DNA of 64,000 nucleotides from Alphaproteobacteria bacterium (lineage in GTDB: Bacteria; Pseudomonadota; Alphaproteobacteria; RF32; CAG-239): NCBI GenBank assembly GCA_045643605.1, contig JAZULC010000018.1, positions 53,700 to 117,699 on the forward strand, read 5' to 3'. Shown here in pieces: positions 29,501-39,239 of the stretch. Both the position numbers and the translations under genes were made by a program. The notes below the pieces were generated by a model. The model was not told where the DNA came from, ran no database searches, and saw only the letters and a list, made by a program, of their open reading frames with translations. Positions within the stretch are counted from its first letter, which is position 1; the number at the start of each line of letters is the position of its first letter.

Positions 29501-30824
29501 CGAATCTGCTACATTGAATGTAGATAACTGGAAGAAATCTGATGATGCTGTTGTTGAGGCTACTAAAAATTCTGTTTTCAAAGCCGGTAGTATCGCCGGA
29601 ACAATTCAAGCCGGAGCCGATATTGTTGTTGATGATCATAACGATACAACTTATGCCACAACTGATACCTTTGATGGAAATATTGATAATTTAAATCTGA
29701 CTTCATCTTTATATTTATTTAAAGCTTCAAAAGGTACTAATAATATATTGATGACTATGGTTGATGGCGGCTTTAAAGATGTAGAACAAGGTCAAAATGT
29801 CGGTGCATTTTTGAACAACAATTATAATGATAAAGATGATCGTCGTAGTGCTATGTTTAATAGAATTAAAGTTGCGGAAGATAAAAATAATTACGCAAAA
29901 ATTGTCAATTCTGAACTGGGATTAAGCTTTATTCCATCAATTACAAGACAGAATCTGGAATTTGCTCGTAATACTGCCGCTCAAGTAACAGATGCTATAT
30001 ATAGTAATGCAAAAGATAAACAAGCAAACTTTGTTGTCGGTGCCGATTATTATCACAATCGTAATTCTTCTACAGATACACAAATGGGATACGATTCTGA
30101 TGGTATAAATATTTACGGTGTTTATAACGAAAACTTAAATCCTTCTGTAAATTTAGGTCTGGGAGTATCTGTAGGCACAAATTACTCTGATTTTGATAAT
30201 GATTCAAATTCAAAACAAAATGTCGCTCAATTCTATATTCCTGTCACATTATCTACAGAAGAATTGTCATGGTTATTTATGCCGAGATTTGGTGTCGGAG
30301 ACGGAGAATATAAGAGATATGTTAAAGATGATAAAGCATATAAAGCTGACTTTACAACATATTATTACGGACTTTCAAATCAACTCCGCAAAGAATTTGA
30401 TTTAGGTTATATAACTATTGAACCTGTTGCTGAATTAAATATGTTGTCTATGTACACAAGCAAAATTAAAGAAAACAACAATCTTTATGTAAAATCACAA
30501 GATTCTGTTTCTATTGAGGGTGGTCTTGGACTTTATTTCACCAAAAAAGTTGATTTTACCAATGCATCAAAGTTACAGTTGCGCTTTGGTGGAACATATT
30601 ATAGGGAAATGGCTGATCCATATAGTTCTGTAACTGCCGGATTTGTGGATACTGATGGAACATATAAGATTCGCGGATATAAAAATGGCAGAGATAGAGG
30701 TGTTCTTTCTATGCAAGCAAATTATAATATAGACCAGTTTGATATATATGTAAAAGCTTCTCAATACATAGAAAAGAACAGCAATCTATTATTGCAAGCA
30801 GGTATGAAATATAATATTCAATAA
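23547..30824 (+). CDS. Giant autotransporter-type surface protein (~2,425 aa): signal peptide, ankyrin-like repeat, Gly/Pro linker, long degenerate-repeat passenger, C-terminal beta-barrel
   Basis: - Signal peptide M(GFL)MKKFIAVITAFSFLFAHRVYA.
- NANGNTGLCVAIYRGDQRAYNTFRAAGANP fits the ANK consensus.
- Dozens of ~40-45-aa units of the form ITNxGTIxG...GIxLxSS...ATIxNNxGATISGGxYGIxS.
- The last ~280 aa have alternating beta-strand patterns typical of an autotransporter barrel.
- The ORF-track start at 23427 overlaps yejB and was rejected. Confidence 0.85.
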   Translation: MGFLMKKFIAVITAFSFLFAHRVYAYGLAPEDFNKMYSLAHAGKVYSLREAVHRGLNIDAVNANGNTGLCVAIYRGDQRAYNTFRAAGANPYHRCTNVIPTEQYENFMSSSRVIGVKETPRLAYNVIHTGYLWSPKFWTLASLGAVGIGVAAFSGGGGGGSSSPAPAPEIYNSLGTKIGTMEYIPAEDSEGSASTTKNLIFAIYSGLKQKEGEVEEIPNVLWVSEDYDPTAVVNSYKAISKPLSYADRIMVAYKMTDGLSANAQTNGNSLSNGQAAYVVSGWKTVKTKTEESSEPEFLTTYSTLRHTGAISMQSVSNAVYGIIASNLATAYNGDEGSSNGTISMSVLPEEYTSNTVIGMYADTGASIINGKQGKIKASLDTQSSSASGNDIVAENSVAGMVVGIIGPHLTDLPEGYSTEEEPREVINIAKNLGTINFELKDSAITRCLMNMIGMGSYLSTSASAYYLQTDKTELTNSGLISLLYYYVEDDDSTLLLSSGSILTSNGLQGTIGMRADTNTTATNTKSGIISINGIKDQSAGMLAVNGGTLINEGEIKVTPDPDDKNKYLAYGYGLVSLQGTRTGGSEIINNGTVTVSQNAIYSDTDVTITNGSNGKLTSIGAEAIRITDGAIETTITNKGTIEATAAKQYGIYSEAVETTNIDNSGTISSLRGSTDNYTIYSSSENVDLINSGTIIGPAGIKTDGSRTVNVVNTGTIESTSTISSGANDGIAINGSKNVTIQNEGTITGRCPIWIQDVLNDGITNIYNTGEIKVTDAYTALTVNNKKDNIIKEINIYNGATLINDELQECTDCAPTISDGQTSAISLDGTILAATINNYAKATLSGGSGIISSAKTNTINNSGIIKSTSGRGINLTSSAEDSYAEITNNGGATISSSGSSIYSSAKTTDIKNLGTIKSTNDNGIYLYSYPSSPISFTIINGDDGKYAEVSGLANGIYSVAISNTIRNYGKITGTNGTNSTGISLGNSITGSTVEIINYANATISGGKNGIYSYTITNTIENSGIITGSNSSGIYVETSKEGSDATITNNTGATVSGGDYGIKSNAITNTIKNSGAVTGSNSSGINLTSYVNTATIENYDGATIFSGTKGIDSSAVTTTIYNYGTITGDDEIGINLTSKVSKAEINNGDKDNHNATISGLSYGISSSAITNTITNFGTIEGTGTSAHGIQLMSSVADSNATITNNTGATISGGDYGISSNAFINTIKNFGTIKSTSVGAGSSGQLSGIYLKSSVAGSAENINTITNNINAIIFGSKYGIYYDAKIKALINNYGNIGKYNYANISYENGIHLTSNVSEATVNNGDENNHNATISGGTYGIYSQAENTTIDNYGTINGDNDGIHLISSAEDSSATITNSGTISGNDDGIYSNALKNTITNSGTIEGYYNNGIHLTSSEQGSKAEITNNAGATISGGTYGIYSRAENTTVDNYGIITGDNNGILLSSDNPATVTNYYGGKISGENGIAFSTDTALAYNYGTISATNNGITSQSYDTTINNYGTIESDTIGINLDEGIDATINNGDEDYADATISGDYGIVSGAITNTIENYGTITGSGEDGIHLISSAEDSSATITNSGTISGNDDGIELEEITTATITNNTNATISGDYGIYSKIVTNELSVNNYGNVTGGIEGIYLLSSVNNANITNYAGATILGDNYGIDSNAKYIAVNNFGNIEHKDISDNVVNNYGIYLTSDTNAATINNGNEYNHTATISGKDYAIYSRAANTTVNNYGIINGEINIGMGQVTNEASGVITISKSGSYGIYVTDGKSILNKAEATNKGTINVNGDNSYGMYAGGYSQATNKGTINVNGDNSYGMYADKAFATIYNHGSIYVTGNNSYGMSVSGSAVATNYGTIYYSPGSYCKNGSVSSMGGSCVEYTPSAAAPRLLTLNMMSLAAPMTEDSLASEQESESSDNPMPKAKSYALMVDNSGILQNNGSVYLGTNPDDASYIGSNAKIINNGLMAADESATLNVDNWKKSDDAVVEATKNSVFKAGSIAGTIQAGADIVVDDHNDTTYATTDTFDGNIDNLNLTSSLYLFKASKGTNNILMTMVDGGFKDVEQGQNVGAFLNNNYNDKDDRRSAMFNRIKVAEDKNNYAKIVNSELGLSFIPSITRQNLEFARNTAAQVTDAIYSNAKDKQANFVVGADYYHNRNSSTDTQMGYDSDGINIYGVYNENLNPSVNLGLGVSVGTNYSDFDNDSNSKQNVAQFYIPVTLSTEELSWLFMPRFGVGDGEYKRYVKDDKAYKADFTTYYYGLSNQLRKEFDLGYITIEPVAELNMLSMYTSKIKENNNLYVKSQDSVSIEGGLGLYFTKKVDFTNASKLQLRFGGTYYREMADPYSSVTAGFVDTDGTYKIRGYKNGRDRGVLSMQANYNIDQFDIYVKASQYIEKNSNLLLQAGMKYNIQ
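27615..27700 (+). repeat. Intragenic exact repeat, copy 1 (86 bp)
   Basis: GACGGAATACATTTAATATCATCTGCTGAAGATTCCAGCGCAACTATTACAAATTCAGGAACAATTTCCGGTAATGATGATGGTAT is identical to 28269-28354. The offset is 654 bp and in frame. Confidence 0.9.
28269..28354 (+). repeat. Intragenic exact repeat, copy 2 (86 bp)
   Basis: Identical to 27615-27700 by direct reading. Confidence 0.9.
28929..29053 (+). repeat. In-frame tandem duplication (72-bp period, 53-bp identical cores)
   Basis: GCAACCAATAAAGGTACAATTAATGTTAATGGTGACAATTCCTATGGAATGTA occurs at 28929-28981 and again at 29001-29053, encoding ATNKGTINVNGDNSYGMY twice. Confidence 0.9.
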
Positions 30825-30882
30825 CTTGTAAATATAATATCCTGTGTGCTTTATATTTTTCAAAAACATTAATAGTAAAAGA

Positions 30883-30918
30883 ATTGCCCCGAATTTATGT
30901 TCGGGGCAATTTGTTGTT
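30883..30918 (+). terminator. Rho-independent terminator after the autotransporter gene
   Basis: ATTGCCCCGAA-TTTATG-TTCGGGGCAAT hairpin (11-bp stem) followed by a T-rich stretch. Confidence 0.6.
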
Positions 30919-31002
30919 ATTAATATAGTTATTGTATTCACTAAAACTACTTTAATATCATTATTTTATTTGATAAAATACTCGCTTGTAAAAGTAATAC
31001 AT

Positions 31003-31033
31003 AAAAAATCCCTCATACTCTGGGTATGAAGGA
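31003..31033 (-). terminator. Possible terminator for the minus-strand lipoprotein gene
   Basis: The minus strand reads CCTTCATAC-CCAGA-GTATGAGGG (one mismatch) followed by ATTTTTT. Confidence 0.4.
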
Positions 31034-31059
31034 TTTCTTTTCTAAAAAATATTTTCTAT

Positions 31060-32010
31060 TTATTTCTTATCAGTAGTTTCTGTTTCCGGAGTTTCAGTAG
31101 CTATTTCTTCCACTGGTTTAACCGGTTTCTTTTTATAAATAGGGAAAATCTCTACCTTTGAAGAAGAAATTTCTGAAACTTGATTATTTCCACCCGCAAC
31201 CATTTTTGCTATAGGTTTCCCGGCAATATTTCTCGGTGCTCTACTTGACATATCTTGAGTAGCCTTAACCATTACTTCTTTTTCTTCAGTAGTATATTGT
31301 GTCTGCAATATCGGTGTAAGAGGATAAGCATTAGATTGTAATCTCATTAACATATATCCGGCACCACCGCCATTCGCAGGACCAGAAACACCGATGGAAT
31401 AATACCCCCCGATATATCCATAATCTAAATCTATATAATCAATGGCAAATACGGTTTTAACAGAAGAATTTCCGATAGATGTCATCTTGCAATTATATCC
31501 TGCATCTTCCATCATAATGCTATCAGCACTTTCTACAAAAGCCGTAGTTTTTGCCGGATGACAATCTGGCATTTGACCGTTATATGTAACATTGTAATGC
31601 AAAACTAAATCTAACATAGAGCTACCTTTTTTGACTTTTGCATCAGTAATTTTTACATCATCAATATACATAACTGCCGGAGTAATACCAACAGTTAAAG
31701 GCATCTGCAAATATTCTTCAATACAAATATGACTTGCTGGATCTGCAGAACAAAGTAAAGCTTTTGAACCTTTATTATTTTGTAAAAGTTGTAATAAGCT
31801 ATTGTAGATATACTCTGTAGACATAGACAAACGAGCAGGAGCACATTGCTTCTCTCTGCAAACAACAACAGATGTAGGATTTTTTACCAATGGTTGTACT
31901 ATTTGCTTAGTATGTGTTGATGTATAGTTTTTATAAAATTCTGGCAAAGAACAACTGCATAAAAGAAGAGTTGTAAATGCATAAATACTTCTATCAAAAT
32001 GTTTTTTCAC
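31060..32010 (-). CDS. Hypothetical lipoprotein/secreted protein with a Pro/Glu/Thr-rich C-terminus
   Basis: N-terminus MKKHFDRSIYAFTTLLLCSCS (signal peptide with Cys). I recognise no family. Confidence 0.55.
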   Translation of the reverse strand: MKKHFDRSIYAFTTLLLCSCSLPEFYKNYTSTHTKQIVQPLVKNPTSVVVCREKQCAPARLSMSTEYIYNSLLQLLQNNKGSKALLCSADPASHICIEEYLQMPLTVGITPAVMYIDDVKITDAKVKKGSSMLDLVLHYNVTYNGQMPDCHPAKTTAFVESADSIMMEDAGYNCKMTSIGNSSVKTVFAIDYIDLDYGYIGGYYSIGVSGPANGGGAGYMLMRLQSNAYPLTPILQTQYTTEEKEVMVKATQDMSSRAPRNIAGKPIAKMVAGGNNQVSEISSSKVEIFPIYKKKPVKPVEEIATETPETETTDKK

Positions 32011-32093
32011 GGTCTAAACTTTCATTAAAAAGTTGATTTATTTACAAGTTTGTGTAAAAGTTATCACAATAATATGAAAGAATCGTAAATAAA

Positions 32094-32597
32094 ATGAAGA
32101 AAATTATCAATATATTAATCAAAAATCTTTGTTATATAGCATTTTCTCTGATTATATTTGCATATTATAAACCATTATATGCTAAACCTCAACTGCATAT
32201 TTTAGACGGCGATTCGTTTGAATTTGGTGATAAATCTATACGCTTGCTGTATATAGATGCCCCTGAATTGAAACAAACATGCCACGATAAAAATGGTAAA
32301 ATCTATAATTGTGGTATAGAAGCCCAAAAATTCTTAACTCAATTGAGTAATACTCCCAATTTCTATTGTACAAACAAAGGTAATGATATTTATGGACGAG
32401 AATTAAGCGTCTGCTATGCCAATGGAAAAAATGTTAATGAAGAAATTATAAAAGCCGGTTGGGCAATTGCCTATCGTGCGGATTCCTCATATATACTAAA
32501 GTTACAAGAAGAAGCAAAAGCAAAAAAACTCGGAATTCATCAAGGAAAATTCATATCTCCTGAACTTTATCGCCAATTAAATAAGCGAAAAAAATAA
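32094..32597 (+). CDS. Secreted thermonuclease (staphylococcal nuclease/SNase family)
   Basis: Signal peptide, then ILDGDSFEFGDKSIRLLYIDAPE ... DIYGRELSVCY ... EEIIKAGWA, which are SNase family blocks. Confidence 0.8.
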   Translation: MKKIINILIKNLCYIAFSLIIFAYYKPLYAKPQLHILDGDSFEFGDKSIRLLYIDAPELKQTCHDKNGKIYNCGIEAQKFLTQLSNTPNFYCTNKGNDIYGRELSVCYANGKNVNEEIIKAGWAIAYRADSSYILKLQEEAKAKKLGIHQGKFISPELYRQLNKRKK

Positions 32598-32688
32598 AAA
32601 ATCTTGAAATTCTTATTGACACAACAAAAAAGTTATGTATATTGCAAGCAACGATTTATGTTTAAATTTTGCAAATTAGGTGAATAAA

Positions 32689-32991
32689 ATGTATGCAGTA
32701 ATTAAAACTGGCGGAAAACAATATAAAGTTTCAACAGGTGAAGTTTTAAAAGTTGAAAAATTGGCCGCCGAAGAAGGTAAAGAAGTTATTTTTAATGAAG
32801 TTTTGGCTTTAGATGAAAAGGTTGGAACTCCAGTTATTGCCGGCGCTTGCGTTAAAGGCATTGTTTTGAAACAGGCTAAAGATACGAAAGTTATTGTTTT
32901 CAAAAAGAAAAGAAGACAAAATTATCGCCGTAAAAATGGCCACAGACAACAGTTGACATGGGTAAAAATTACCGATGTTTGTAATAAATAA
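32689..32991 (+). CDS. rplU: 50S ribosomal protein L21
   Basis: MYAVIKTGGKQYKV N-terminus. The start is set at the ATG at 32689. Confidence 0.95.
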   Translation: MYAVIKTGGKQYKVSTGEVLKVEKLAAEEGKEVIFNEVLALDEKVGTPVIAGACVKGIVLKQAKDTKVIVFKKKRRQNYRRKNGHRQQLTWVKITDVCNK

Positions 32992-33012
32992 TTAGAATTA
33001 GGAGTGTAGATT

Positions 33013-33267
33013 ATGGCACATAAGAAGTCAGGCGGTAGTTCTAATAACGGACGCGATTCGGAAGGTCGTCGTTTGGGTGTTAAAAAATTCGGTGGTGAAA
33101 GTGTAATCCCTGGAAATATCATCATTCGTCAACGCGGAACAAAATATCATCCGGGTAACAATGTTGGTTTGGGAACAGATCATACAATTTTTGCTACTGC
33201 TGAAGGTAAGGTTTCTTTTAGAGCTAAAAAAGATGGCAGAACTTATGTTTCTGTTGATGCTGAATAG
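33013..33267 (+). CDS. rpmA: 50S ribosomal protein L27
   Basis: [25 protein letters not shown]-terminus. Confidence 0.95.
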   Translation: MAHKKSGGSSNNGRDSEGRRLGVKKFGGESVIPGNIIIRQRGTKYHPGNNVGLGTDHTIFATAEGKVSFRAKKDGRTYVSVDAE

Positions 33268-33282
33268 CTTCTAAATATATAA

Positions 33283-34413
<1,131 letters not shown>

Positions 34414-34423
34414 GAGAGTATTT

Positions 34424-34771
34424 ATGGCAAAAAAGAAAATAGTCAATGAAAATGAAATTTTAGAAATCATAAAAAAAACTTTAGATGATGGAAAAGCAGA
34501 AGACGTTGTTGTTATTGATTTAGCGGGAAAAACATCTATTGCTAACAATATGGTTGTAGCAAGCGGAACTTCTCAAAGACATGTATCATCTTTGGCTCAA
34601 AAAATACAAGAAAATTTAAAAGCTGCCGGATATAAAACTACCATTGAAGGTGAAGATAAAGCTGATTGGGTATTGATAGACGCTTTTGATGTAATTGTCC
34701 ATATTTTTAAGCCTGAAGTTCGTGAGTTCTATAGTTTAGAAAAAATGTGGAACGCTATTAAAACTCGTTAA
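34424..34771 (+). CDS. rsfS: Ribosome silencing factor RsfS
   Basis: 115 aa. DWVLIDAFDVIVHIFKPEVREFYSLEKMW C-terminal motif. Confidence 0.9.
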   Translation: MAKKKIVNENEILEIIKKTLDDGKAEDVVVIDLAGKTSIANNMVVASGTSQRHVSSLAQKIQENLKAAGYKTTIEGEDKADWVLIDAFDVIVHIFKPEVREFYSLEKMWNAIKTR

Positions 34772-34774
34772 ATC

Positions 34775-36073
34775 TTGTTATTTATCCACGAGAAAAAAAT
34801 GATATCAAGCAGAGCGGTTGCTATTGATTTTTTATATGAAATTTTAGAAAAAAAAGTATTTTTTTCGGATTTAAAAGACAATAGTATTACGGATTTTCAA
34901 AAAATTGAAAAATTTGTAACTATGTTAGTTTTTACATCTTTGCGAAAAAAAATATTCATTGAAAATATTCTAAAATCTTTTCTCCGTAAGCCTATTGCCC
35001 ATAAGGATATTTTTGTTCATTATGCTTTATTATGTGCCTCTACAGAACTTTTATTTATGAACACTCCCGATTATGCAATCGTAAATGAATATGTAAAGAT
35101 TGTTAAACAAAAAAAAGGCCAATTCTTATCATCAATGGTAAATGCAGTTTTGCATAAAATTGCAAATGATAAAAACAATCTTTTAAAACTTGATACCTGT
35201 TGTGACTTCCCAAAAGAATTCAAAGAAAATTTAATTGCTGATTATGGTTCTGATATCGCTGATAAAATTGAAAAAGTATATGCAAATAAAGCTTCTATTG
35301 ATTTAACTTTAATGTCCCCGATAGAAGATTTTTCTACTAAAACCGGAGCTATAAAAAATGATGATACATCTTATAGCCTGTCAGATTGCGACGATATAAA
35401 AAATGTATTCGGATTTTCTGCCGGAAAATTTATTGTACAAGATTATGCTGCTTCTTTACCCGTAAAATTATTTGATAATTTACTTGGAAAACATGTTCTT
35501 GACTTATGTGCTGCTCCCGGTGGGAAAACAGCACAACTTTTATCTGTAGGAGCAACAGTTACGGCTGTTGACATATCAGAAGCACGGCTCAAAAAATTGA
35601 AAGAAAATATAAAAAGGATCAACTTTTCTAAACTCAATATTGTTTGCGAAGACGCTTTCACCTTTTTACAAAACTCAAAAGACAAATTTGATGCAATTTT
35701 GTTAGATGCGCCCTGCTCTGCAACCGGAACGTTTCGTAAACATCCTGAAGTACCCCATTTAAAAAATATAAAAGACATCAGGAAAATGGCCGCCATTCAA
35801 AAACAAATGCTATCGGAAGCCGTGAATTGCTTATCAGATAATGGAGAATTAGTTTATTGCGTATGCTCAATTTTTAAATCTGAAGGCGAAGAAATTATAG
35901 CTGATTTTTTGCAAAACAACAAAAATTATATGATTGTTTCAAAGTCATTGCCACAAATAATTGACAATCAAATAATCACTAAAGATGGGTATATTCGCAC
36001 TTTGCCATTTTATGGTCATGAAATGGACGGCTTTTTTGCAGCAAAAATTATTAAAAAAACTCATAATTCATAA
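34775..36073 (+). CDS. rsmB: 16S rRNA (cytosine967-C5)-methyltransferase RsmB/Sun-like
   Basis: NusB-like N-domain, then the DLCAAPGGKT and LDAPCSATGTFRKHPE motifs and a second Cys (YCVCS). The start may be the downstream ATG at 34799. Confidence 0.85.
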   Translation: MLFIHEKKMISSRAVAIDFLYEILEKKVFFSDLKDNSITDFQKIEKFVTMLVFTSLRKKIFIENILKSFLRKPIAHKDIFVHYALLCASTELLFMNTPDYAIVNEYVKIVKQKKGQFLSSMVNAVLHKIANDKNNLLKLDTCCDFPKEFKENLIADYGSDIADKIEKVYANKASIDLTLMSPIEDFSTKTGAIKNDDTSYSLSDCDDIKNVFGFSAGKFIVQDYAASLPVKLFDNLLGKHVLDLCAAPGGKTAQLLSVGATVTAVDISEARLKKLKENIKRINFSKLNIVCEDAFTFLQNSKDKFDAILLDAPCSATGTFRKHPEVPHLKNIKDIRKMAAIQKQMLSEAVNCLSDNGELVYCVCSIFKSEGEEIIADFLQNNKNYMIVSKSLPQIIDNQIITKDGYIRTLPFYGHEMDGFFAAKIIKKTHNS

Positions 36074-36156
36074 ACACAAATACTGCATTTCTTGATTTTT
36101 TTATTGAAAAATATAATATTTAGCATATCCTGAAAAGACAATTTGAGGAGTATTTT

Positions 36157-37176
36157 ATGGTATATTTGGCTTTTTTTCTCATAGCTATTTGCACATTCTT
36201 AATAATGTTCCCTATTTTTGGAAATTCTTTTATTGTTGCAAATTCATTTTTGAAAAAGAAATCTGCCGAAGAAATATTTTTCTTACCGATTAATATCGTT
36301 TTACTATTAGAATTTATTGCCATAAAATATTTTACAGCTAATTTTCAAGATAATCTATTTCCGATTTCTTATACATTTTTGGTGATAGTATTTTCGTGTG
36401 CGCTTTTAATCGGATTATGTGGTATTTTTAAAACAACTAAAAATCTTTCAATTATATTTTTAGCATTATCTTGTTCTACAGGCGCATTTCTATTACCTGA
36501 TAATTTTTTACTTGTAGGCATTACCCTATCATCTTGGCAACAAAAATTATGCATTGCTTTATGGTGGTTTATTTTTGTAATAGGACTTCGCCAATTGAAT
36601 AAAGTATATGGTCTTTTTCCTACCTATGGACTTATGTTACTTATATCATTTTTTGCATTTTTCTTATCATCAGGAATAGCCACTGTATATTTTCTTTTCT
36701 CTGCCGGAATTATAGGAATATTGCTTACGTATTTGCTATTAAATTGGTATCCTGCACAAATTAATTTTTCTGAAGCAACTTGCTATTCTCTCGGATTTTT
36801 AATAGGTTTTGTATTACTTTGTGGCAGTGGAGAATTTATGTGGTTACCTATACAAATTTTGCAAACATTTCTTTGGACTACAATAATAATTACATTTTAC
36901 GATAAATTTTATAATCATCACAAACAAAAGAAAATAGCTCCTCAAACATTATGTATAGAATGCTTTGAAATTATGTTTTTGATTAATTTTCTTGCAATTA
37001 TACAAGTGCATATTGCTCAATCAATGGCTTTAATAATTTTTGCTGTATTGCTTATTTTATGGGTAAAACACCGACTTGGATTTGATGAAAATGCTCCGGC
37101 AACTCTCAGAGAAATCGGCATAGACTTAAAACAAGTATTTAAAAAAAATTTCAAAAATATTCAGGATAAAAAGTAA
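36157..37176 (+). CDS. Polytopic inner-membrane protein, possibly a degenerate GT4 (WecA/MraY-like) homolog
   Basis: About 10 hydrophobic segments. NWYPAQINFSEATCYSLGF resembles the GT4 block NFxPAKIFMGDxGSxxLGF but with the GD and GS residues replaced. Confidence 0.6.
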   Translation: MVYLAFFLIAICTFLIMFPIFGNSFIVANSFLKKKSAEEIFFLPINIVLLLEFIAIKYFTANFQDNLFPISYTFLVIVFSCALLIGLCGIFKTTKNLSIIFLALSCSTGAFLLPDNFLLVGITLSSWQQKLCIALWWFIFVIGLRQLNKVYGLFPTYGLMLLISFFAFFLSSGIATVYFLFSAGIIGILLTYLLLNWYPAQINFSEATCYSLGFLIGFVLLCGSGEFMWLPIQILQTFLWTTIIITFYDKFYNHHKQKKIAPQTLCIECFEIMFLINFLAIIQVHIAQSMALIIFAVLLILWVKHRLGFDENAPATLREIGIDLKQVFKKNFKNIQDKK

Positions 37177-38525
37177 TGTCGTTATTAAAAAAAATATTTG
37201 GAATACAACAAAAAACACCTGATGAACAACAAAATATTGTTGAAAAGCATATGCGAGTCGTTGTTACGGCTTTTGCTGATACAATGAAATCTAACAGTGG
37301 AAAATTACTCTCTGATATTTTACAGAAAAAATCCCCATTTGATGTTGCTTATTATGCAAATAGTTTACCAAAAGATTCTATGATTATCAACAGCAAGAAT
37401 TTATTGGAAATTTTTGATTTTTGCATAAAAATTTTTCATAAAATATCTGCCGATGTAATAATTTTAGGGTATCAATCACAAGAAAAAATGTGTTTATATT
37501 TTGCAACTTATGGCGAATATGAATCTCTCGGAGAAAAAAGTTGGAGAATTTTTGAACCGTTATATTTACCGGCGAGTGCATTTGAACAAGAATCCACTCT
37601 GACCGATGACATTATTAATCTTATTACCGGGGCCGTTTTGCTCTGTAAAAATAATATTTCAGGAAAAGACAAACTATTTCAAAAAAATCAGCTTAAAGAA
37701 CTAATTTCATTTTTAAAAACAAGCACTCCGAATGTCCCTGATTTTTGTATTCCTTATATTACAAATTTATTAGCAGCTATGTATTTTGAATATCATAAAG
37801 ACAATATGGATAAACAAGCGTTTGAAAGCATAAAATATATGCTTGAACAAGCATTGAAGAACAAAGATACATTTTTTGAAAAAATTCATATAGCACCACT
37901 ATATATACATGTAGGAAATCTCTTTTATTGCGCCGCAAAACATTTAAACACAAATTCTATTACTTATTTTAATAAAGCCACACAAGCTTATTCTTTGGCT
38001 CAAGAATATTTTGCAAAAAATGAATATCCTTATGATTATGCTCAACTTGCTTATAATAAGGCGCAAATATACTTCGGACAATGGTTATATACAAAAAATT
38101 TAGAATATCTACACAAAGCCATTTCTGACTTGAGAGAAGTTGAAAAAATTTATACAACTAAAATGTTTCCGGCTACATGGGCAAAGCTTCAGCATGAGAT
38201 AGGTTATTATCTTTCTTTGTTGGGTAATTGTTCGGGTTCCGTAGAAATCTTACAAATGGCTATCCAGAGTATGAGCAATGCTCAAAAAATTTTTTATGCC
38301 GGGAAATATCCCTTTATTTGGCTTGATATTCAAGCAGATATCGGCAGAATCAACTATTTTATCGGCAAAAAATATAAAGATTTAGAATATTTAAAAAAAT
38401 CTGAAAAATGTTTTAGAGAAGCGCTTATTATTTGTGATTTGAAAAATGCCGACAATGAAAAACGTAAAATAGAAAGCGATATTTCAAAAACAGTAGAATT
38501 GATTTATACTTTGCAACAAAAATAA
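37176..38525 (+). CDS. Hypothetical protein with a TPR-like helical repeat C-terminal half
   Basis: 449-aa ORF whose start overlaps the stop of the preceding membrane-protein gene (TAATG). Repeated Y/A/L-rich helical units. I recognise no family. Confidence 0.55.
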   Translation: MSLLKKIFGIQQKTPDEQQNIVEKHMRVVVTAFADTMKSNSGKLLSDILQKKSPFDVAYYANSLPKDSMIINSKNLLEIFDFCIKIFHKISADVIILGYQSQEKMCLYFATYGEYESLGEKSWRIFEPLYLPASAFEQESTLTDDIINLITGAVLLCKNNISGKDKLFQKNQLKELISFLKTSTPNVPDFCIPYITNLLAAMYFEYHKDNMDKQAFESIKYMLEQALKNKDTFFEKIHIAPLYIHVGNLFYCAAKHLNTNSITYFNKATQAYSLAQEYFAKNEYPYDYAQLAYNKAQIYFGQWLYTKNLEYLHKAISDLREVEKIYTTKMFPATWAKLQHEIGYYLSLLGNCSGSVEILQMAIQSMSNAQKIFYAGKYPFIWLDIQADIGRINYFIGKKYKDLEYLKKSEKCFREALIICDLKNADNEKRKIESDISKTVELIYTLQQK

Positions 38526-38613
38526 ATGTGGATATATTTTGCGGTTTTATTTTCTTAAAAGGAAAAATCATATATACTTTAGAAAATTTTAATTTGAATA
38601 AGGATATTTTATA

Positions 38614-39090
38614 ATGGCTGGTAGCATAAATAAAGTTATTTTATTGGGTAATCTTGGTGCAGATCCTAAAGTAAGCAACACCCAAAACGGAACAAAAATC
38701 GTCAATTTAACCATCGCAACTTCGGATTCTTGGAAAGATAGAGCCACAGGTGAAAGAAAAGAACGTACAGAATGGCATCGTGTTGTGGTTTTTAATCCGC
38801 AATTAGCTGATATTGCCGAAAGATATCTTCGTAAAGGTTCAAAAGTCTATGTTGAAGGACAATTGCAGACCCGTAAATGGGAAGATAATACCGGAGCAGA
38901 AAGATACACAACCGAGATTGTATTGCAAAACTATGCCGGAAATATTGTATTATTAGATGGTCGTGGTGATGGCACCGGATTATCTGCTCCTGATGATGTA
39001 TTCAGTGGCTCATCTTCTGCTTCTTGGGATAATACAGATGGTATGGATACAAATACTAACACAGATTTGGATGATGACATTCCATTTTAA
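38614..39090 (+). CDS. ssb: Single-stranded DNA-binding protein
   Basis: [18 protein letters not shown], the [11 protein letters not shown]-fold blocks and the acidic tip DDDIPF. Confidence 0.95.
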   Translation: MAGSINKVILLGNLGADPKVSNTQNGTKIVNLTIATSDSWKDRATGERKERTEWHRVVVFNPQLADIAERYLRKGSKVYVEGQLQTRKWEDNTGAERYTTEIVLQNYAGNIVLLDGRGDGTGLSAPDDVFSGSSSASWDNTDGMDTNTNTDLDDDIPF

Positions 39091-39116
39091 TTTTATAACT
39101 ATTTCATAACAATTTT

Positions 39117-39145
39117 AACGGGAGAAAACATCTCCCGTTTTTTTG
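39117..39145 (+). terminator. Rho-independent terminator after ssb
   Basis: AACGGGAGA-AAACA-TCTCCCGTT hairpin followed by a T-run. Confidence 0.75.
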
Positions 39146-39239
39146 CAACTACATATTAGTTTTTTGTCACATTTTTTTGTTGACATCACACAATAAATAA
39201 TATAGTATTATCTACAGTAACTAAATTATTTATATATAT

